A stretch of 64,000 nucleotides of DNA from an uncultured cyanobacterium (GTDB lineage: Bacteria; Cyanobacteriota; Cyanobacteriia; Cyanobacteriales; Cyanobacteriaceae): positions 256,001 through 320,000 of the forward strand of contig CAVQBA010000007.1 of NCBI GenBank assembly GCA_963710605.1, written 5' to 3'. This document shows, piece by piece, positions 32,795-43,311 of this stretch; within the stretch, counting starts at the first letter, position 1, and each line of letters opens with the position of its first letter. Below the pieces are notes generated by a model. The model saw only the letters and a program-made list of their open reading frames with translations, did not search any database and was not told the DNA's origin. A program made the translations under genes and the position numbers.

Positions 32795-34477
32795 ATGAGC
32801 CGTCAAACTTTCATTTGGGGTATTCCTCGTTATCAAGTTAAATCAAAAGAACGTTGGTTAGAATTTTGTTATTTCGTTAATCTATTAATAGGTTCTCTAA
32901 TACTCTACACGATTGATTTAGGTAAATTACCTTTAAGAGATTGGGATGAAGGCACTGTTGCACAAGTTGCTCAAGAAATTTATCAGGCTTCTTTTCAAGA
33001 TTGGATATGGCTATTTCCGACAATGTGGGGCGAGGCTTATTTAAACAAACCACCTTTAATTCATAGTCTTACTGCTTTAGCTTATACATTTTTAGGAGTT
33101 AACGAATTTTCTAGTCGTATAGTTGGTACTAGTCTAGCCGCTTTTTCTGTACCTTTACTATATTTAGTGGCTAAAGAATTATTTCTTCCTCGCTATTTTG
33201 CTATTTTTTCGGCTTTAATTTATCTAACCATGATACCTGTGGTTAGACACGCAAGACTCGCTATGCTTGATGGCGGTGTTTTATGTTTTTATATTTTGTT
33301 TTTACTTTGTACTCTAAAAACTCGTCGAGATTTACGTTGGAGTTTTCCTGCGGGAATAAGTTTAGCTTTAATTTGTCTTTGTAAAGGATGGATGGTAGCT
33401 TTATTATTAGGAACGATCGTCTTTTTATTTGTACTTTGGGATACACCTAGATTATTATCTTCAATTAAAGTATGGTGTGGTCTTATTTTGGGCATCACTC
33501 CTGCAATATCTTGGTATGTCGCTCAATATTTATATTACGGGCAAGAATTTGTTAATAGTAATATCAAACAACAATCTATCGCTAGAATATTTACTGCCGT
33601 AGAAGGTAATACTGGTCCTATTTGGTATTATGCTTTAGAATTACTCAAATATCCTTATCCTTGGATTTTCTTATCTATTTGGGGGCTAAAATATGCTTGG
33701 GATAATCGTAATTGGAGTTGGGCAAAACTTATCTTAATCACTAATATTAGTTACTTTGTCGCTGTTTCGCTTATGAGTACTAAATTACCTTGGTATATTC
33801 TGCCTATTTATCCTTCTTTATCTTTAGCAGGAGGAGTTGCTTTAGCTCAAATCAAATCGATTCGGGCCGTTGAATCTTATCCTCGTCTTTGGAAACAATT
33901 TTTTACTTTCTTAACGATCGTCATGGCAGGGGGTTTAATTTATTTTACCATTACAGACTCTTCTAATCAGAATTTACTAACTATTTTAGGATTATTACTA
34001 GTTACCTTTTTGACAGTTAGTTATTTATTACAAAGAAAAGATCAACAATTTATTTATATCCTTTTTTGGGGGATGTATGTATCTTTAATTGTCTTTTTGT
34101 CTTCTGATTATTGGTTATGGGAATTAAACGAGGCTTTTGCGGTCAAACCTGTTGCTCAAGTTGTTCAAGAAGTTGTACCGACTGAAGATAAAGTGTATCT
34201 TGATTTTGATTATCATCGCCCTTCTTTAGATTTTTATAGTGGTAAAAGAATCATACCTGTCGATCGAGCAAAACTTAAGGAGTTATTAGCTGATTCTGTC
34301 TATTTATTAATTAACCAACCGACTTTTTCTGAGTTAAATTTTGTTAAGGAAAATAGTCTTTATTGTTACCCTAATAATCCGACTCAAAACAAATCATCAA
34401 TTACAACTAATTGTTGGCAAAAAATAACGATCGATAACAGTACATTTTCTTTACTTAAACCAGAGAAAAAAAGCTAA
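32795..34477 (+). CDS. GT39/ArnT-like integral membrane glycosyltransferase
   Basis: LRDWDEG, YLNKPPL, EFSSR, TKLPWYILP; many TM helices. Confidence 0.88.
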   Translation: MSRQTFIWGIPRYQVKSKERWLEFCYFVNLLIGSLILYTIDLGKLPLRDWDEGTVAQVAQEIYQASFQDWIWLFPTMWGEAYLNKPPLIHSLTALAYTFLGVNEFSSRIVGTSLAAFSVPLLYLVAKELFLPRYFAIFSALIYLTMIPVVRHARLAMLDGGVLCFYILFLLCTLKTRRDLRWSFPAGISLALICLCKGWMVALLLGTIVFLFVLWDTPRLLSSIKVWCGLILGITPAISWYVAQYLYYGQEFVNSNIKQQSIARIFTAVEGNTGPIWYYALELLKYPYPWIFLSIWGLKYAWDNRNWSWAKLILITNISYFVAVSLMSTKLPWYILPIYPSLSLAGGVALAQIKSIRAVESYPRLWKQFFTFLTIVMAGGLIYFTITDSSNQNLLTILGLLLVTFLTVSYLLQRKDQQFIYILFWGMYVSLIVFLSSDYWLWELNEAFAVKPVAQVVQEVVPTEDKVYLDFDYHRPSLDFYSGKRIIPVDRAKLKELLADSVYLLINQPTFSELNFVKENSLYCYPNNPTQNKSSITTNCWQKITIDNSTFSLLKPEKKS

Positions 34478-34623
34478 TAATTAATAATTGAAAGTAATAG
34501 TAATTTTGAGAATTATATATTTGTTGGTAGGAGTAATATTTTAAAAACTCTTGAAAATGATTTATCTATCAATCTTTAAATATACTGCATATTATTACTT
34601 TTAATAACTAAAAAATATCGGCT

Positions 34624-34773
34624 ATGAAAATAAAAAATAAATACGTAATTATAATCGCCAGTTTAATTTTAATAGCTAATATATCACCTAGTTTTTGGCA
34701 AGTAATCACCACAGGTGCGATCGGCTTTTTTCTTAGTTATTTAATTGTCAAAATACGTAAAGAAAAAAGTTAA
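34624..34773 (+). CDS. Small (49 aa) two-helix membrane protein, hypothetical
   Basis: MKIKNKYVIIIASLILIANISPSFWQVITTGAIGFFLSYLIVKIRKEKS*; basic ends flank two hydrophobic segments. Confidence 0.5.
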   Translation: MKIKNKYVIIIASLILIANISPSFWQVITTGAIGFFLSYLIVKIRKEKS

Positions 34774-35083
34774 AAGGGCACTCGTGCAAAGGGCAAAGGT
34801 AATTTAAAAAAATAGCTTGTCTTGTACTACTATCAAAAATAATTACGCCAATCAATGTAAGGGGGCAGATTCGGGGTTTTAAACCCGTGATTTTTCGATA
34901 AATTAGCTTTTAGGGGTGATAAATTAGGGATTAGGGAAAATAATGCAAATAGACGTTTTGTGTGTATAAACTATCAACCGTCAAACGTGAACTTTCTCTT
35001 GCTGGCTTCTACTACTTCTGTTGGCAATTAGCAAGAAGTTAATGCTTTTTTCTTCTTACTTTTTATTTATTATTAAATAAGTC

Positions 35084-35563
35084 TCAACACAGATACTTAG
35101 CGGCGGCATTAACTAACTCATCAGCGACTTTAATCGAATAAGGTTTAATTAACCACCAAACAAAAGGAGTTAACCACCCTCTGATAGTAATAGAATAAGC
35201 AATATAACTGCCACAAAGAGTAGATTCAATCTGATAAGTAATTCTTTGCTCGATACCCGGAATCGCTAACAAACGAATACTTAATAATTCTCTAGGGCGG
35301 ACATTTTCCACAAAAACTCGAATCGGAATCGGCATTAAGCGAGTAACAACTTTAAAAATCAAACCAGGTTTAGGTATCAAACCTTTAGGCAAATTGGTAG
35401 TCGAAAATAAAGGATGCCATGACACATCAGCTAAATTTGTTAATCTTTTCCACACTATATCTACTGGTACATTAGAAACGACTCGATAAGTTTTGTATAG
35501 TGAGTATTGACATAAAAGTCTGCCACCAGTTGCCAATAATTTAAAAAAGATGTTGAAAATCAT
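35084..35563 (-). CDS. SRPBCC/polyketide cyclase family protein
   Basis: VDIVWKRLTNLADVSWHP and C-terminal helix pattern. Confidence 0.7.
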   Translation of the reverse strand: MIFNIFFKLLATGGRLLCQYSLYKTYRVVSNVPVDIVWKRLTNLADVSWHPLFSTTNLPKGLIPKPGLIFKVVTRLMPIPIRVFVENVRPRELLSIRLLAIPGIEQRITYQIESTLCGSYIAYSITIRGWLTPFVWWLIKPYSIKVADELVNAAAKYLC

Positions 35564-35767
35564 GGTATTTGCTCATTAATAAAAACACAATCAAAGCTCA
35601 AAAGTTTTCCTACTATCATATTGTAAGAGTTATTGTAAATGATTGTCTGTCTGTTGCATAATATTAAGATCTACACCTAATCATAGTCTAATCGTCGGGT
35701 AAAGGTTTAGATTGGTAAGTTGTAAGTTATTGTAATTAATTTTTAGTCAAATAATAATACCAAGAAT

Positions 35768-36796
35768 ATGACCACTACGCCAACTAACAAAAACAACACA
35801 TCTGTTAGCTTGCCCCCAGAAGACGCTAAGGCAAGAGTAAGCCAATTTATGCAAGGTGTCCAAGATGAAATTTGTGCAGGGTTAGAAAAACTAGACGGTA
35901 AAGGTAAATTTCAAGAAGAAAGTTGGCAAAGAGAAGAAGGTGGTGGTGGTCGATCGCGCGTGATGACGAATGGTGATATATTCGAGCAAGGTGGAGTTAA
36001 TTTCTCTGAAGTTTGGGGAGACAATCTACCTCCTAGTATTTTAAAACAACGCCCTGAAGCTCAAGGACATTCTTTTTACGCTACAGGGACATCGATGGTA
36101 TTACACCCAAAAAATCCTTATATTCCTACTGTACACCTCAATTATCGTTATTTTGAAGCAGGTCCGGTTTGGTGGTTTGGTGGTGGCATTGATTTGACTC
36201 CTTATTATCCTTTTGCTGAAGATGCCCGTCATTTTCATCAGACTTTAAAACAAGCTTGTGATAATCATCATCCAGAATATTATCCTGTCTTTAAACGTTG
36301 GTGTGATGAATATTTTTATTTAAAACATCGTGACGAAACTAGAGGAGTTGGTGGCATTTTCTTTGATTACCAAGATGGTACTGATCCACTATATCGGGGA
36401 CCTCATGCAGAAAAAGCGGCGGCTGAATATAGCAATAATTTACCACCTTTAGAAAACCGTAGTTGGGAAAATCTTTTTGCTTTTGTGAATGAATGTGGTA
36501 AGTCTTTTCTACCTGCTTATGTACCTATTGCTCAAAAACGTCGAAATACTGAATATGGAGATAAAGAACGTAATTTTCAGCTTTATCGTCGTGGGCGTTA
36601 TGTCGAGTTTAATTTGGTGTACGATCGAGGTACTATCTTTGGACTACAAACTAATGGACGTACTGAGTCAATTTTGATGTCTCTACCACCTTTAGTTCGC
36701 TGGGAATACAACTACAAACCTGAACCTAATACCCCTGAGGCTGAGCTTTACGATGTGTTCTTAAAACCACAAAATTGGGCAGAATATGGTGAGTAA
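35768..36796 (+). CDS. hemF: Oxygen-dependent coproporphyrinogen III oxidase
   Basis: [43 protein letters not shown]. Confidence 0.97.
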   Translation: MTTTPTNKNNTSVSLPPEDAKARVSQFMQGVQDEICAGLEKLDGKGKFQEESWQREEGGGGRSRVMTNGDIFEQGGVNFSEVWGDNLPPSILKQRPEAQGHSFYATGTSMVLHPKNPYIPTVHLNYRYFEAGPVWWFGGGIDLTPYYPFAEDARHFHQTLKQACDNHHPEYYPVFKRWCDEYFYLKHRDETRGVGGIFFDYQDGTDPLYRGPHAEKAAAEYSNNLPPLENRSWENLFAFVNECGKSFLPAYVPIAQKRRNTEYGDKERNFQLYRRGRYVEFNLVYDRGTIFGLQTNGRTESILMSLPPLVRWEYNYKPEPNTPEAELYDVFLKPQNWAEYGE

Positions 36797-36912
36797 GGAG
36801 TAAGGAGTAAGGAGTAATGAGTAATAAGTAACAAGTAAATTATTTTTATTCCCTATTCCCTATTCCCTATTCCTTATTCCCTATTCCCTATTCCTTATTC
36901 CCTATTCCCTAT
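36792..36912. repeat. Heptamer tandem repeats (TAAGGAG)n then (TATTCCC/TATTCCT)n, STRR-like
   Basis: About 3-5 and about 9 units; the two arms are roughly complementary, so they may fold as a hairpin after hemF. Confidence 0.8.
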
Positions 36913-36958
36913 TTTTTCTTGCCTTTTAAGACAAGTATGGTCATAATATAATTAAGTT

Positions 36959-37132
36959 AACTACTACGTTGGTGACTGCCAATTAAGTTTTTTGATCTAT
37001 AAGCTTAATTTTTGGAAATTGATAGGTCTTCGTGGCAGTAAACCGAGCATGTACTCGGAAACAGAAACGAAAATCATTGATCTCCCCCTGGTCAAACCAG
37101 GTCATAAACTGAGGTAAAACGGCGTAGCGGTT
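36959..37132 (+). ncRNA. ssaA: 6S RNA (SsaA)
   Basis: Closing stem AACTACTACGTT/GGCGTAGCGGTT; internal GGTGACTGCC, CGTGGCAGTAAACCGAGCATGTACTCGG, CCTGGTCAAACCAGG typical of cyanobacterial 6S; TTGCCT/TATAAT-like promoter upstream. Confidence 0.85.
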
Positions 37133-37250
37133 GCTTATTTATTAATTGATTATGGCATCTTCTGTCAGTGCTAAACCCCGAATGATATAATTTAGACACT
37201 GTTAATTATATAATTACGTTAATCTTAGAAAATAAAAATAAAAAATAATT

Positions 37251-37340
37251 ATGGATATTCTGACTTTAGGTTGGGCTGGTGTACTTGCTTTATTTACATG
37301 GTCAATTGCAATGGTAGTTTGGGGGCGTAAAACTTTTTAA
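37251..37340 (+). CDS. petN: Cytochrome b6f subunit VIII
   Basis: [29 protein letters not shown] (29 aa). Confidence 0.93.
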   Translation: MDILTLGWAGVLALFTWSIAMVVWGRKTF

Positions 37341-37343
37341 ATC

Positions 37344-37481
37344 GTGGAATCATTTGGTGTTTTTAATGTCTTATTTTTAGTCGCTGTAGTTTTATTGGTT
37401 GCAGTTAGCGGTGGTATTCTCTATTTAACCACGATCGAATGGCGCGATCGTCGTCGTCAAGATCGTGATAAACGTTTATAA
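37344..37481 (+). CDS. Small single-TM protein (45 aa) downstream of petN
   Basis: GTG start; ...VAVSGGILYLTTIEWRDRRRQDRDKRL*; the YLT..EWRDRRR motif recalls a conserved cyanobacterial small protein. Confidence 0.75.
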   Translation: MESFGVFNVLFLVAVVLLVAVSGGILYLTTIEWRDRRRQDRDKRL

Positions 37482-37583
37482 TTTTTAGCTGATATTTTTG
37501 ATAAGCAATAAAACCACAGCGGATAATTGATTGATGATTAATTATTTAACTCGAAGATTAATCAAATATGTTATCTTAGGATT

Positions 37584-37789
37584 GTACCGCAGGGAGTGCG
37601 GGAATTTACGCCTATAGAGATGAACGTAGTTTTTTGTAATTGAGACATATTCACTAAACTTGTTCAGATCAGATAAAAAAAATGTCTGAGCTTAGGAAAT
37701 GATTCGTCAGTGGTCGATCGTACTTCACAAAAATCGAATAAACTTAAACCACTAGAGACAATGGGCTTTTTGCTCATTGTTTTTGTTTT
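37584..37789 (+). ncRNA. Candidate structured ncRNA with TnpB omega-RNA-like 5' end
   Basis: Extended -10 TGtTATCTT (37569-37577); starts GTACCGCAGGGAGTGCGGGAATTTACGCCTATAGAGATG; several hairpins; intrinsic terminator 37755-37789; no ORF in the track. Confidence 0.6.
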
Positions 37790-37873
37790 ATCCTCACGAA
37801 TTATGGCAAAATTTGTTAAGTTTGTAAAAATAGAGTATTAACTTTTGATTTGGGCACAATTTTAATTTGATTT

Positions 37874-39301
37874 ATGGCAGTCAGTGACTTGAAAAAAGAA
37901 AATAATCCTTTACCTTGGATTTTCGGGACGATGATAGGTGGTGTAATTCTCGTAGCTGGAATTACTTATGTAACCATGGGACGCTCGAATAACCCTGAGA
38001 GCGTAGCTGAATATACGGTTAATATTACTCGACAAAACGTTAATTTACAAATTCAAGCTAGTGGTACAGTAGAACCAATTCAAAGTGTTAATATCAGCCC
38101 CAAAAATCCCGGTATCCTTCAACGATTATTAGTTGATCAAGGTGTTATCTTGAAAAAAGGACAACTGTTAGCCGTAATGGAAAATGAAGAGTTATTTGCC
38201 GCAGGTGCGCAAGCTGAAGCTAGATTAAAAGAAGCACAAGCATCTTTACAAGAAACAGATATTAAAATACAAGGTGATATTCAAAAATTATCAGCTCAAC
38301 TGGTTCAAGCAAATGCTCGTTTAGAAGAAGCTAATCGTCGTATTCCTCAACAAATTGCTCAAGCCCGATCGCAATTAAAAGAAAAAAAATCCCGTTTAAT
38401 ACTGGCTGAAACACAATTCAGACGTAATGAGATGTTACTCAAAGAAGGAGCAATAAGTCAAGATCAATTAGATCAACTAGAAAATCAATATTTCGTTGCT
38501 CAAGCTGATATTCAAGAGACATTACAAAGATTAGAAGAGCTTAAAACTACTCAAAATCCTGAAATAGAAAGATTACAAGCCGCCGCAAGAGAAATACAAA
38601 TTGCGATCGAAGAAAGACGTTTAACTGGTAAATCAGAACTAGAACGGCTGAAAGCTAATGCTCAGGCGATTCAAGCGAACTTAGAAATAGCAAAAATACA
38701 ATATGAAGATACCTTTATCACCGCTCCTTTTGATGGAATTGTGACACAAAGATTCGCTACAGAAGGGGCATTTGTAACGCCGACGACTTCTGCTTCTAGT
38801 ACGGCATCGGCTACTTCTAGCTCGATTATTGCTTTAGCTAGGGGTTTGGAAATTATTGCTAAAGTACCTGAAATTGATTTAAGTCAAATTGCGATCGGGC
38901 AACCCGTAGAGATTGTGGCTGATGCTTATCCTGACCAAGTTTTTGAAGGAGTAGTTAAATCGATCGCCCCAGAAGCAATTGTAGAGCAGAATGTGACTTC
39001 TTTTGAGGTGAAGGTGGATATGATTACAGGGCAAGAACAATTATTATCGAAAATGAATGTCGAGATGAATTTCTTGGGTAAACAATTAGAAAATATTTTG
39101 GTAGTGCCAACAGTTGCTATTGTCACCGAAGAAGGTAAAACAGGGGTGATGATTCCTGATGAAAATAATGAGCCTGAATTTAAGCCAGTGACGATCGGTA
39201 TTTCGGTTGATAATCAAACCCAAATTCTTAGTGGTGTTTCTTCAGGTGAGGAAGTATTCATTGATTTACCACCAGAAAGAAAAGGGTTTTTAGGTAATTA
39301 A
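37874..39301 (+). CDS. Efflux RND/ABC periplasmic adaptor (HlyD/MacA-like)
   Basis: N-terminal TM, ASGTVEP, long coiled coil, ITAPFDGIV, VPTVAI. Confidence 0.9.
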   Translation: MAVSDLKKENNPLPWIFGTMIGGVILVAGITYVTMGRSNNPESVAEYTVNITRQNVNLQIQASGTVEPIQSVNISPKNPGILQRLLVDQGVILKKGQLLAVMENEELFAAGAQAEARLKEAQASLQETDIKIQGDIQKLSAQLVQANARLEEANRRIPQQIAQARSQLKEKKSRLILAETQFRRNEMLLKEGAISQDQLDQLENQYFVAQADIQETLQRLEELKTTQNPEIERLQAAAREIQIAIEERRLTGKSELERLKANAQAIQANLEIAKIQYEDTFITAPFDGIVTQRFATEGAFVTPTTSASSTASATSSSIIALARGLEIIAKVPEIDLSQIAIGQPVEIVADAYPDQVFEGVVKSIAPEAIVEQNVTSFEVKVDMITGQEQLLSKMNVEMNFLGKQLENILVVPTVAIVTEEGKTGVMIPDENNEPEFKPVTIGISVDNQTQILSGVSSGEEVFIDLPPERKGFLGN

Positions 39302-39347
39302 TGATTAAATTATTATATTTTAGATAAAAGACTATTATTTTTAACTT

Positions 39348-41078
39348 TTACTTAGCTTGAGGAAATTTTTTTCGCAGAAGACTTTCTATTTTTTTGCTAG
39401 AAGCAGGTTTACTAAATAGATACCCTTGTACATATTCACAACCATATTCACAGAGTGTATTATATTGAAATTCTGTTTCTACTCCCTCTGCTACTACTTC
39501 CATATCTAAAGCATGGGCAAGACTGATAATATTGGTTAGTATTTTTTCTTTTTTTTCGTTTTTACCAATCGCTCGGATGAAGCAACCGTCAATCTTTAAG
39601 ACATCGATGGGAAATTGATACAAACGACTCAAGGATGAGTAACCTGTGCCAAAATCATCCAGACATAATTTGATTCCTAAATTGGATAATTGATCAAGCA
39701 TTGTGTCAGCTTTGTCATCGGTTTCTAAAATGGCACTTTCAGTAATTTCTAATTTAATTAAACTACGATCGCACTTAGTTGATTTTAAAATTTGTTCGAC
39801 TTTTTCTACTAAATCAAATTGTTTAAATTGACGGGGAGAAATATTGACATTGATAAACCAATACTGACTAGCAAACGACTTTTGCCAAGCACAAGACTGT
39901 AAACAAGCTTTTTTGAGTACCCATTCTCCAATTTGGACAATCATACCTGTTTCTTCGGCTAAAGGAATAAATTGAGCAGGAGAAACAAAACCTTTCTCTG
40001 GATGATGCCAACGTATTAATGCTTCAAAACCAACTATTTCTTGACGAATAACATTAATAATCGGTTGATAGTAAACTTCAAATTCTTCTCTTTCTAAAGC
40101 ATTATGTAAATCACGCTCAAGATTTAATCTTTCGACGGCTACTTTACGCATAGTTTGGTTAAAAATAACCGCCCTAGATTTACCCAAGGTTTTAGCTCTA
40201 TACATAGCTAAATCTGTGTCTCTAAGCATTTCCTCCCCATGATCATAATTCATATTACTTAAGGTGATACCAGTACTTACAGAAGTAAATACTTCTTGAG
40301 AATCGATCATGAAAGGTTTTTGTAGATTTTGTTGAATTCGATCGCTAATTGAAGAAATAATAGCTAAATCTTTGACATTATCAATAATAATCGTAAATTC
40401 GTCGCCTCCTAAACGAGCCACAAAATCTTTAGAGCGAATACTTTGAGTGATTCTTGCCGCTACTTCTTGTAAAAAACGATCGCCTGCTGAATGACCTAAA
40501 CTATCATTAATCCATTTAAAACCATCTAAATCTAAAAATAATAAAGCAAATAAATAATCTTGATAATTTTGGTTTTTATCAAGGCAATGTTGTAATTTTT
40601 CTAAAAACCAAGATCGATTATATAGTTTAGTTAAAGAATCATGATTTGCATCATAAATCAATTGTTGTTGAGCTTTTTTCTCGTCAGTTACATCTCTTTG
40701 TACCGCTAAATAGTTAGTTATTTTACCTTCTTTATTAAGAATCGGCTCAATATGCCATTGATTATAAAATTCTGTACCATCTTTGCGATAATTAATAGCT
40801 TCACCAAAAAAAACTTCTCCTTTCTTTAATTTCTTTTTTAAATCTCGGAAAACTGTTTGCTGTGTATTTGGCCCTTGTAAAATACGGGGTGTTTTACCAA
40901 TAATTTCTTTTTCTTCATAACCCGTCATTTTAGTAAACGATTTATTAACAAAAACAATTTTAGGCCCTGGATAACTTAATTCTGTGTCAGTAATCACGAT
41001 CGAATCATGAGAGCTATGTACAGCCGCTACTAATAAGGCTATTTCTTCTTCTTGATTACTTTGTTTAATTTGATTCAC
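39348..41078 (-). CDS. PAS-GGDEF-EAL diguanylate cyclase/phosphodiesterase
   Basis: PAS/PAC (NYRKDG), ARLGGDEF, FEALIRW, LDDFGTGYSSL. Confidence 0.95.
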   Translation of the reverse strand: MNQIKQSNQEEEIALLVAAVHSSHDSIVITDTELSYPGPKIVFVNKSFTKMTGYEEKEIIGKTPRILQGPNTQQTVFRDLKKKLKKGEVFFGEAINYRKDGTEFYNQWHIEPILNKEGKITNYLAVQRDVTDEKKAQQQLIYDANHDSLTKLYNRSWFLEKLQHCLDKNQNYQDYLFALLFLDLDGFKWINDSLGHSAGDRFLQEVAARITQSIRSKDFVARLGGDEFTIIIDNVKDLAIISSISDRIQQNLQKPFMIDSQEVFTSVSTGITLSNMNYDHGEEMLRDTDLAMYRAKTLGKSRAVIFNQTMRKVAVERLNLERDLHNALEREEFEVYYQPIINVIRQEIVGFEALIRWHHPEKGFVSPAQFIPLAEETGMIVQIGEWVLKKACLQSCAWQKSFASQYWFINVNISPRQFKQFDLVEKVEQILKSTKCDRSLIKLEITESAILETDDKADTMLDQLSNLGIKLCLDDFGTGYSSLSRLYQFPIDVLKIDGCFIRAIGKNEKKEKILTNIISLAHALDMEVVAEGVETEFQYNTLCEYGCEYVQGYLFSKPASSKKIESLLRKKFPQAK

Positions 41079-41471
41079 TTCGACAAATTGACTTATGGAT
41101 TGACTTATGGTAGGTAAATTACGGTAACCCGTATGAAAACTTATTTATTTAAATTATTCAATCTTAATTTTGTTAGTTAATTTAATTAACTTATACATCA
41201 AACTAATTACAGCTTGAACAATAGTTAAATTTTCCCACAATATACTTGCTATTAGATTATCTATTTTAATTATAAAATATATCTATACTTAATCTAAGCT
41301 ATTATTGATTAATAAGTTAAAAAATCTATCTTGATAGATAAACTAATCAAAAAAAATTACTCTTCAAGTTAAGTTTAAAATTAAACTCTTCCATTTGATA
41401 GAGGAAAAAGATTTAATAATCCTAGATAACAGACATAGAGGATTATTGTTTATTTATTTTTAATTCTAGAA

Positions 41472-42071
41472 TTGATTATGACGAAGTTAAGTTTGGGCAG
41501 TTGGTTATCATCGAGAAATAAATTGGTAGCGACGATCGTGTTATCAACATTATGCTTCAATCTACCGATTAGTCATGCAGGAGAAGTTTTAGATTTAAAT
41601 CAAAAAATTTGGCAAATAGAATCACCTCAAATACCTTCAATCGGAGATCAAAACGCTTATTTATATAGTCCACAAGAAATTTCTGTTTCTCGCTTAATTT
41701 TAAGTCTTAGCCGAAAAACAGTAGAAGTATATCGAGGAGAAGAGCTAGTTTCTAGTTTTCCCGTTGCTGTGGGTAAAGAAGGTTGGGAAACACCTCAAGG
41801 GCAATTTAATATCATTCAAATGATTAAAAATCCTGCATGGGAACATCCTTGGAATGGTACAATTTATCCCCCCGGTCCGGATAATCCTTTAGGGCAACGT
41901 TGGATCGGTTTTTGGACTGATGGTAATAACTATATTGGTTTTCATGGTACACCCGATGAGAGTTTGATCGGGCAAGCTGTTTCTCATGGTTGTGTCAGAA
42001 TGAAAGATCAAGATATCAAACAGCTATTTACATTAGTTTCGATGGGTACTAGTGTTACTGTAGTGAAATAA
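41472..42071 (+). CDS. L,D-transpeptidase (YkuD family)
   Basis: PVAVGK..WETP, NPLG, GFHGT, SHGCVRM. Confidence 0.93.
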   Translation: MIMTKLSLGSWLSSRNKLVATIVLSTLCFNLPISHAGEVLDLNQKIWQIESPQIPSIGDQNAYLYSPQEISVSRLILSLSRKTVEVYRGEELVSSFPVAVGKEGWETPQGQFNIIQMIKNPAWEHPWNGTIYPPGPDNPLGQRWIGFWTDGNNYIGFHGTPDESLIGQAVSHGCVRMKDQDIKQLFTLVSMGTSVTVVK

Positions 42072-42177
42072 TTGACTAAAACAATCTGATTGAGAATTAA
42101 ACATTGAGTCATCATTTTCCCAGTAAATTTGAGTATAATAATCTGTAACGAAATATGAATTTGTTGAGTAATTAATT

Positions 42178-42930
42178 TTGACCAACCTGAATCAAGATAC
42201 TCCCCCAGATGAGTCTAATTGGCTAGATGAAAAAGAGCAAGATGTTGATTTTCAATCTAATTCAGAACAATATTCCTCTAACCCTCAACCCGTAAAGTTA
42301 AACTCATATCGATTTAAGCCAGAAACGATCGCTTTAGTAGAAAGTGCTTTTTTAGCGAGTACAGCCAGTTTAATTTGGTTAATTGATTATTATTTTCGTT
42401 TGCCATTTATTAAGATGTTATTTCCTCTACCAATAGCGTTGGTTTATCTAAGGAGGGGAAGAAGAGCGGCTGTTATTACTACGATCGTTTGTGGTTTGTT
42501 ATTAGCTATCTTAATGGGGCCACCTCGTAGTATTGTCTTTGTTATTCCTTATGGTTTGATGGGTATCCAATTAGGTGCATTGTGGCGAAGAAAGACTAAC
42601 TGGTATTTATCTATTCTGCTTGCGACTATTATTGGTTGTTTTGGTTTTTTCTTTCGTTTTTGGTTATTTTCAATTTTATTAGGAGAAGACTTATGGGTAT
42701 ATCTCATTTCTCAAGTCACTAATTTAGCCGATTGGATATTTTTAAAACTGGGTATTTTAGCTATTCCTAGTACGACAATGATTCAATTCTTGGCTTTAAT
42801 TGTCGTTTTGATTAATAATGCTATTTATGCCCTAACCGTTCATTTAGTAGCTTTACTGATGCTCGATCGACTTGATAATCCGATTCCTCGCCCTCCTAAA
42901 TGGATACAAGTAATTCTTGATTATGAATAG
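42178..42930 (+). CDS. DUF2232 family membrane protein
   Basis: LVESAFLASTASLIWL, FPLPIALVYLR, LMGPPRS. Confidence 0.75.
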   Translation: MTNLNQDTPPDESNWLDEKEQDVDFQSNSEQYSSNPQPVKLNSYRFKPETIALVESAFLASTASLIWLIDYYFRLPFIKMLFPLPIALVYLRRGRRAAVITTIVCGLLLAILMGPPRSIVFVIPYGLMGIQLGALWRRKTNWYLSILLATIIGCFGFFFRFWLFSILLGEDLWVYLISQVTNLADWIFLKLGILAIPSTTMIQFLALIVVLINNAIYALTVHLVALLMLDRLDNPIPRPPKWIQVILDYE

Positions 42931-42951
42931 AATATATTTATTAATTATCCA

Positions 42952-43206
42952 ATGGACATGATTACCGTTAAAGTTAAATTATTTGCTATTTATCAGGAAG
43001 TTTATGGGCAAGAAGAAATAAGTTTTGATGTGCCTATTAAAACGACAGCAGAAGAAATACTCGACAAAATAATAACTCAGCATCCTCAATTAGCTAATTG
43101 GAAGCCGATAACCAAATTAGCCGTAAATCTAGAATTTGTTCCGCCCGAATATATTCTTAAAGACGGTGACGAAATGGGGCTAATTCCTCCTGTTAGTGGC
43201 GGTTAG
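42952..43206 (+). CDS. moaD: Molybdopterin synthase sulfur carrier subunit
   Basis: VKLFA, AVN, C-terminal IPPVSGG. Confidence 0.9.
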   Translation: MDMITVKVKLFAIYQEVYGQEEISFDVPIKTTAEEILDKIITQHPQLANWKPITKLAVNLEFVPPEYILKDGDEMGLIPPVSGG

Positions 43207-43311
43207 CTAACATACTTATCATATACGATCGATTTGATTAAAGTGACCTAATTAGGTTAATCTTTTCAGTGGATATAAAAATAGCAAAACTAATTCAAAC
43301 AGATCTAAATT

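Noticed and set aside
36792-36912. CRISPR-like array
   Set aside because: Contiguous 7-bp units without spacers; no cas genes or spaced repeats seen anywhere in the window
40690-41040. LOV photoreceptor domain in the GGDEF-EAL protein
   Set aside because: Has GKTPRILQG in place of GxNCRFLQG, so it lacks the photoactive Cys; called plain PAS
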